Shown here piece by piece: positions 58,743-64,000 of a stretch of DNA of 64,000 nt. The notes under the pieces were generated by a model. The model did not search any database. It was not told the DNA's origin and worked only from the letters and a program-made list of their open reading frames with translations. The stretch covers positions 1,275 to 65,274 of the forward strand of contig CALXKZ010000025.1 of the NCBI GenBank assembly GCA_944389065.1, in the 5' to 3' direction. The translations under genes and the position numbers were made by a program. Position 1 is the first letter of the stretch. Each line of letters opens with the position of its first letter. Source of the stretch: an uncultured Spirochaetaceae bacterium. Its GTDB lineage: Bacteria; Spirochaetota; Spirochaetia; Sphaerochaetales; Sphaerochaetaceae.

Positions 58743-59821
58743 AGATACTCACAAGGTATATTATCTCTTCAGTCCTGAAGGTCGCGCTTGTCACAATTCT
58801 GATGTTTGCTCTCATCCTTGCCGCTGTTGAGCTCTTTTCGAGAATGGATTCGATCATGAACGGGAACATTCCCGTCCAGAGCATCATATACTATATCCTT
58901 CTCTCGCTTCCTCAGTACCTGCTGATGGTCGCATCGATCTCGTTCCTTTTTGCGGTAACATACTTCCTCTCTTCACTGACAGCGAACAATGAAGCCATCC
59001 CGATACTGAATGCAGGAGTGGGACCGCTTCGGCTGAGGATGCCGATCTTCATACTCTCTGTCATCCTTACACTTCTCGGTTCAGTCTATCAGGAGAAGGC
59101 TGTCATCACGATCAATGCCCAGCGGACTGCTCTTGAGACAGAGCTTTTCGGCGCCTCATCAACCAGGGATGCAAGGAATATCGTTCTTACGGATCCCGAT
59201 GGCTATCTTATCTTCACAGACAGGTTCAGCGAAAGCGACAACTCCGTCTATGCGCCTGTTCTTGTAAAGCATGATCAGGAGGGAATAGAGATGAGAGTCG
59301 AATCCGAGAGCGCATCATGGGATGAGGAGAAGGGCTTCTGGATCTTCCATAACGCAAGGATCTACAAAGTCAATGGAGACAGAACAGTCTCATCCTCACT
59401 TCAGGAAGAGTTCAGTGTTTCCGATTTCGATATAGAACCGAGGCTTTTCAGAAGCCAGAACACATCAGTAGAGACTATGGACAGCGAGACTGCAAGGGAG
59501 TACCTTGAAAGGCTCAGGACAACCGACAGCATAACCTGGCAGGAGAAGGCTACGGACTACTACAGGAGAGTCTTTGCTCCTCTTGCTATCTTCGTTCTCA
59601 TGTTCATTTCCGCATCGATGGGCTACAGATTCAAGAAGAATGTCCTGCTTTTCTCCGTCATACAGTCTCTATCGATCGCAGTGATATACTATGTTGCTGA
59701 CATGGTATTCTCCATAATGGGGCATCAGGGCGCTGTATCGCCATATTCGGCTGTGATAATGCCGATTGTTATGACGATAATCCTGTCCCTGGTCCTTTCG
59801 CTTTTAGGCAGGAAGATATGA
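58739..59821 (+). CDS. LptF/LptG-family LPS export permease (second of a pair)
   Basis: MKILTRYII N-terminus and the same YjgP/YjgQ architecture. ATGA overlap with the upstream paralogue. Confidence 0.75.
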   Translation: MKILTRYIISSVLKVALVTILMFALILAAVELFSRMDSIMNGNIPVQSIIYYILLSLPQYLLMVASISFLFAVTYFLSSLTANNEAIPILNAGVGPLRLRMPIFILSVILTLLGSVYQEKAVITINAQRTALETELFGASSTRDARNIVLTDPDGYLIFTDRFSESDNSVYAPVLVKHDQEGIEMRVESESASWDEEKGFWIFHNARIYKVNGDRTVSSSLQEEFSVSDFDIEPRLFRSQNTSVETMDSETAREYLERLRTTDSITWQEKATDYYRRVFAPLAIFVLMFISASMGYRFKKNVLLFSVIQSLSIAVIYYVADMVFSIMGHQGAVSPYSAVIMPIVMTIILSLVLSLLGRKI

Positions 59822-60945
59822 GCATAATCAGAATAATCAAGAATGACAGGAACACGAAGGCCAGGCTTGGCATCCTCTCGCTTCCTCATGGGGAAGTAGA
59901 GACTCCAGTATTCATGCCTGTCGGTACAAATGGTACTGTCAAAGGAATCTACCACGATACGATAAGACGCATCGGATACAATCTGATCCTTGCGAATACA
60001 TACCACATGTATCTCAGACCTGGCACAGAGGTGCTTGAGAGCTTCGGAGGTCTTCATGGCTTTGCTTCATGGGATGGCAACATCCTTACCGACTCCGGAG
60101 GATTCCAGGTCTTCTCGCTCTCAGGATTGAGGAAGATAAAGGACGCAGGTGTCACATTCCAGAGCCATATCGATGGATCAAAGCATGTCTTCACACCTGA
60201 GAAGGTTGTTGATATCCAGTCTGTCATCGGCTCTGATATCGCGATGTGCCTTGATGTGTGCACGCCTCCAGGCATTGAGCACAGGAATGCAAAGGAGGCG
60301 TGGCGTGTGACAAAGCTCTGGGCAGAGAGATCGATTGAGGAGAGGAACAGGCTGGGGGAGAAGTTCCGCGGCAATCTTTTCGGCATAGTACAGGGTAACT
60401 TCTATGAGGATCTTAGGAAGGAGTCGGCGCTGACTATATCTGATATGGACTTCCCGGGAATCGCTATCGGCGGACTTTCGGTAGGCGAGGAGAAAAATGT
60501 TTTTGAGGATATGCTTTCCTATACTGCTCAGTTCATCACTCCAGAGAAGCCCCGCTATGTCATGGGCATAGGCTCTCCTGACTATATACTTGCTGCTGTC
60601 GAGAACGGTATTGATCTCTTTGATTGCGTACTTGCGACACGTATGGCCAGAAATGGTGGTCTATTTACAGATGATGGGGTGATTGCGCTTAAGAAGGCGA
60701 TGTACAAGTTCGATCATTCGCCAGTGGTCGAAGGCTGCCAGTGCACGCTCTGCAGGGAGTACTCGAAAGCTTATATGCACCATCTTATAAAATGCAATGA
60801 GATGCTCGGAGGAATGCTTGCAACCGAGCATAATCTCCAGTACCTCTATGATCTTATGATAAGGATAAGAACCGCAATAAGGGAGGATAGGTTCAAGGAG
60901 TTCAAGGAGAGCTATCTAAGGAGATTCTATGCATCAAAGACCTGA
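59818..60945 (+). CDS. tgt: tRNA-guanine (queuine) transglycosylase
   Basis: TPVFMPVGT, TDSGGFQV, GLSVGE, and zinc site CQCTLCREYSKAYMHH. 375 aa. Confidence 0.95.
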   Translation: MSIIRIIKNDRNTKARLGILSLPHGEVETPVFMPVGTNGTVKGIYHDTIRRIGYNLILANTYHMYLRPGTEVLESFGGLHGFASWDGNILTDSGGFQVFSLSGLRKIKDAGVTFQSHIDGSKHVFTPEKVVDIQSVIGSDIAMCLDVCTPPGIEHRNAKEAWRVTKLWAERSIEERNRLGEKFRGNLFGIVQGNFYEDLRKESALTISDMDFPGIAIGGLSVGEEKNVFEDMLSYTAQFITPEKPRYVMGIGSPDYILAAVENGIDLFDCVLATRMARNGGLFTDDGVIALKKAMYKFDHSPVVEGCQCTLCREYSKAYMHHLIKCNEMLGGMLATEHNLQYLYDLMIRIRTAIREDRFKEFKESYLRRFYASKT

Positions 60946-61414
60946 TATCGAGAAGCTTCTGAGTGACAGAGGATGTCCATATACGATCTCTGAGCACCCT
61001 GCAGTCTTCACTATCGAGGAGCTCTATGATCATGATATCCCCTCGAGGGAGAGGATTGCGAAGAACCTCTTTCTCCGCGATGACAAGAAGCGCTCCTACT
61101 ATCTTATATCGATCAAAGGGGATGCGAAGGCAGATCTCAAGGCCCTCCGTTCTGCCCTCGGTTCACGGCCTCTCTCGTTTGCATCGGAGGAGGATCTTTC
61201 CCGTCTTCTTGGTCTTTCCAAAGGTGAAGTGACTCCATTCGGCGCTCTCAACGATGAGGAGCATAAGGTCACGGTGAGGATAAGCAGCTTCTTCTCTGGT
61301 GGCCTCATCGGTGTCCATCCCAATACGAATACAGCAACAGTATTCCTCAATGCCGAGGATCTTATATCCATACTCCGTGATTCAGGCGCTGATGCGGATT
61401 ATATTGAATCGTGA
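60929..61414 (+). CDS. YbaK/ProX-type aminoacyl-tRNA editing domain protein
   Basis: 161 aa. KNLFLRDDKKRSYYLI...LGLSKGEVTPFG...VHPNTNTATV resembles free-standing prolyl-tRNA-synthetase-associated editing domains. Confidence 0.65.
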   Translation: MHQRPDIEKLLSDRGCPYTISEHPAVFTIEELYDHDIPSRERIAKNLFLRDDKKRSYYLISIKGDAKADLKALRSALGSRPLSFASEEDLSRLLGLSKGEVTPFGALNDEEHKVTVRISSFFSGGLIGVHPNTNTATVFLNAEDLISILRDSGADADYIES

Positions 61415-61616
61415 TTCACATAATAGTGAATCTATAGCCCATGGATGATCTGCTTATAGAAAGGGAATTATCTGTTCTGGACAATGCAAGGAACCGTGAT
61501 GATCCCACTCTTATATCAGGCAAGGAGCTTTTCGAACTGGAATAGCTTGTATCAGTACGATTATGCTTTACTTCTTGATGCATTCCATTCATCATATTCA
61601 GAAGGATGGAGGGCTT

Positions 61617-62315
61617 ATGTTCGAACGAATGCTCAAGAAGGTGCTTGATGCCAACAAGCTCCTGTGGAAATATGGTCTTGTCACATATACATGGGGAAAC
61701 GTATCTGAGATTGACAGGCTGACGGATTATATCGCTATCAAGCCAAGCGGTGTGCAGTATGATCATCTTTCGTGGGATGATATCGTTGTCGTCGATATGG
61801 ACGGAAACCTCATTTCAGGAAAGCTTGGACCGAGCATCGATATCCAGGCACATGTCGAGATATACAAGGCATTCCCTGAAGTCGGCGGAGTAGTGCATAC
61901 CCATTCGCCATGGGCAACGGCATGGGCCCAGGCAGGACGAGCGATTCCATGCTATGGAACCACGCAGGCTGACTGCTTCTTCGGTGAGATCCCATGCACG
62001 AGGAAGATGAGGGAAGATGAGCTTGGAGCGGACTACGAGAAGAATATCGGTAGAATAATCGCTGAAACATTCAAGGATAAAGATCCGATGGCGATGCCAT
62101 CAGTCCTGGTCAACGGCCATGGAACCTTCAGCTGGGGATTGAACGCAAAGGATGCTGTTCATAATGCCATCGTGCTTGAGACAAGCGCAGCTCTTGCTCT
62201 CAGGACCGAGATGGTCAATCATGGCGTAATGCCACTGGATGACTTCATGCAGACTAAGTGCTACTACAGGAAGCACAGAAAGCATGGCCACGATGAGCAG
62301 GTGATGTCGGAGTAA
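61617..62315 (+). CDS. araD: L-ribulose-5-phosphate 4-epimerase (class II aldolase fold)
   Basis: WGNVSEID, IAIKPSGVQY, VVHTHSPWATAWAQAG, and CYGTTQADCF. ATG 61617 is preceded by GGAGGG. The tracked ORF 61563.. is an extension. Confidence 0.85.
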   Translation: MFERMLKKVLDANKLLWKYGLVTYTWGNVSEIDRLTDYIAIKPSGVQYDHLSWDDIVVVDMDGNLISGKLGPSIDIQAHVEIYKAFPEVGGVVHTHSPWATAWAQAGRAIPCYGTTQADCFFGEIPCTRKMREDELGADYEKNIGRIIAETFKDKDPMAMPSVLVNGHGTFSWGLNAKDAVHNAIVLETSAALALRTEMVNHGVMPLDDFMQTKCYYRKHRKHGHDEQVMSE

Positions 62316-62363
62316 GAAATAAGGAGGGCAACCCCCCTTGTCTTCTGTTAATATCTTAATGGA

Positions 62364-62386
62364 ATGGAGGGCTCAGCACCCTCCAT
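62364..62386. terminator. Hairpin between convergent araD and greA
   Basis: Stem ATGGAGGG (62364-62371) / CCCTCCAT (62379-62386), loop CTCAGCA, 3 nt beyond the greA stop. Confidence 0.5.
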
Positions 62387-62389
62387 ATT

Positions 62390-64000
62390 CTAGAATTCTA
62401 CAGGCTCTATGCTCTTTACCGTAAGATCATAATCCCTGCCATTTATTGAGAACCTTACGTCATCTCCAGCCTTATGGTTCACCAGCTGCTGTCCGAGAGG
62501 AGCATTGAAATCGATGATTCCCTTCTCAGGCTCCGATTCCCAGCGTCCCATGAAAGTATAGACTATATCCTTGTTCTCGATATTGTCATGAAGCGTTACC
62601 TTCGTTCCGAATCCGATAAGACCCGGGATCACATCAGCCATCGTCATGACACGGACAGTCGAGAGATCGTTGTTCAGCTCGCCGATCCTTCTCTCCAGCT
62701 CTCTCTTATGATCCTTTGCATACTGGTATTCGCTGTTCTCCCTAAGATCTCCGAGTTCGCGTGCGAAGTTGATCTCCTTGAGTATCTCAGGCATCTGGAC
62801 CTGATTGATATCCTTGAGCTCTTCCTTCTTCTTCTCATAGCTCTGAGCTGTGCATAGAAAACCGGACACGGCTTTCGTCTCAGGGATCTTTATCTCGTTC
62901 TTCTTCTCCTCATGCATGGAAAGATCGGGGAAGCGGTTCTCCACAGCCGCTCTGAAAGAAGCTTTCTCATCATTCTCGAAGCCTTCATTGAAGAGAATGA
63001 GTGAAAGCGATGCCTCTATCTCTTCTTTCCCGGCTTTCCTGAGGAAGGACATAAGCACTCCATCGTCTATGAGGTTCTTCCTCAGCGATTTGATGTGCTT
63101 TCTGTTCTCCTGGGTATCACCGGACTTCGATAGATAGGAGAGGGCCATGAGCTTAGTGCGGAATATCCTCTCTGCATCAAGCCCTGCCTTCTCAAGATCA
63201 GCCTGCTGGAGAGGATACTCTGTCGCAAAGAAGACGAATGCAGGGATATTGTCACGGTATGACTCCGTAGAGCGTCTGAGAAGGGCGTAGTACTCCGAAC
63301 CTTTCTGCAGCCTCTTCAGCTTCTGCGGTATGTATGAGCTGATATAGTATGGGAATATCTCAGTCAGGACAGAAGCAGCGCCTTTCTTGTCTGCAGCAAT
63401 TACCTGATCGATGAACTCCTTCTTCAGTATTGTGCTGTCGATTGAATCGAATACTTCCTTCTTCTCAGCATCGGACATTGATCTGTAAAGGGAATCGAAT
63501 GATACATCGAATGAAACAGATGCGCCCTTCTCAGATAGATAATCAAGGAGGAGAACCGATGCAGTTCTTTCTCCAAGGCTCTTCTTCTCATTTGAGAGAA
63601 CACCCTCGAAGTATGAGACCATATCCATGAATGCATCTGAAGTCTTCTCGATGCCAGATGAGGAAGCTGCCTCGATGACTGTAGAAGCCTTGCCATAGAA
63701 TGTCTGCTCATTGCGGAAGATATAGAGGAACTTCTCCTCAGGAGTCGATGGATAGGCAGTAAGCTGATAGTAATCTGTTGTTCCTGGGATGATCCTGACA
63801 TAGCTGTTGTTCTTGAGCTCATCCTTTATCTTCTCTGCAATGGATTTCCATTCGCTGTCGGTAAGGATTGCAGGAACGACCTCATTCTTCATATCCTTCA
63901 TTGAAGCCTTGCTTCCCTGAGCTGAGAGAAGAAGAGTTCTGACAAGCCATTCGATTCCGCCTTCGCCCATGATCTTTGCCTTGATCTTAGGCGCAGGAAC
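62390..64000 (-). CDS. greA: Long-form transcription elongation factor GreA (C-terminal ~535 codons; 5' end outside window)
   Basis: The C-terminal ~150 aa match GreA (ARELGDLRENSEYQYAKD...FGTKVTL...YTFMGRWESEPEKGIIDFNAPLGQQLVNHKAGDDV). The reading frame stays open upstream of the tracked M at 63970 to the window edge. Confidence 0.8.
   Translation of the reverse strand, partial: VPAPKIKAKIMGEGGIEWLVRTLLLSAQGSKASMKDMKNEVVPAILTDSEWKSIAEKIKDELKNNSYVRIIPGTTDYYQLTAYPSTPEEKFLYIFRNEQTFYGKASTVIEAASSSGIEKTSDAFMDMVSYFEGVLSNEKKSLGERTASVLLLDYLSEKGASVSFDVSFDSLYRSMSDAEKKEVFDSIDSTILKKEFIDQVIAADKKGAASVLTEIFPYYISSYIPQKLKRLQKGSEYYALLRRSTESYRDNIPAFVFFATEYPLQQADLEKAGLDAERIFRTKLMALSYLSKSGDTQENRKHIKSLRKNLIDDGVLMSFLRKAGKEEIEASLSLILFNEGFENDEKASFRAAVENRFPDLSMHEEKKNEIKIPETKAVSGFLCTAQSYEKKKEELKDINQVQMPEILKEINFARELGDLRENSEYQYAKDHKRELERRIGELNNDLSTVRVMTMADVIPGLIGFGTKVTLHDNIENKDIVYTFMGRWESEPEKGIIDFNAPLGQQLVNHKAGDDVRFSINGRDYDLTVKSIEPVEF

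Noticed and set aside
61441-61545. 34-codon acidic ORF (MDDLLIERELSVLDNARNRDDPTLISGKELFELE) in the ybaK-araD spacer, and the 116-aa antisense ORF 61416-61766
   Set aside because: The 34-codon ORF has no Shine-Dalgarno sequence and no recognisable family. The antisense ORF overlaps the araD start region and is low complexity. There is insufficient support for either.

Overview
This window is a dense, almost entirely housekeeping chromosomal segment. It holds about 60 protein-coding genes and one tmRNA. I see no rRNA or tRNA genes, no CRISPR array, and no transposase, integrase or phage genes. Recognisable blocks are: hppA (partial); a TAXI-type TRAP transporter; brnQ; argG; CYTH-ppiC-rnhA; adk; a GH13 amylase-family enzyme; guaB; gap-pgk-tpiA-secG; a SurA-like PPIase with nusB and map; folD-miaB-cobB; ssrA (tmRNA), a TetR gene and smpB; lepB-hemW; yebC-ruvC-ruvA-ruvB-queA; tmk; tamB-bamA-mutS; rimP-nusA-infB-rbfA-truB-ribF-rpsO-pnp-dut; two LptF/G-type permeases; tgt; a YbaK-like gene; araD; and a long-form greA (partial). 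The tamB gene directly upstream of bamA, the very long GreA and the overall gene content fit a diderm, spirochaete-like bacterium, but this taxonomic call is inference only. Many tracked ORF starts are upstream extensions, so I trimmed them to starts that have a Shine-Dalgarno sequence or abut the preceding stop codon. I do not find a convincing novel multi-gene system such as a defence island, toxin-antitoxin pair or secondary-metabolite cluster, and I regard this as an ordinary core region. The most interesting unexplained signals are small and mostly non-coding: (1) an orphan promoter, structured RNA and intrinsic terminator unit upstream of argG, containing a short ORF with tandem Arg codons inside the terminator; (2) ARG-box-like operators at argG and a related 25-bp palindrome upstream of the TAXI-TRAP operon; (3) a TetR gene wedged between ssrA and smpB; (4) near-consensus promoters positioned to give leaderless folD mRNA; (5) an uncharacterised outer-membrane barrel plus lipoprotein gene pair; (6) a zinc-ribbon tail on NusA. 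All functional calls rest on motif and family recognition by eye. No database search was run.
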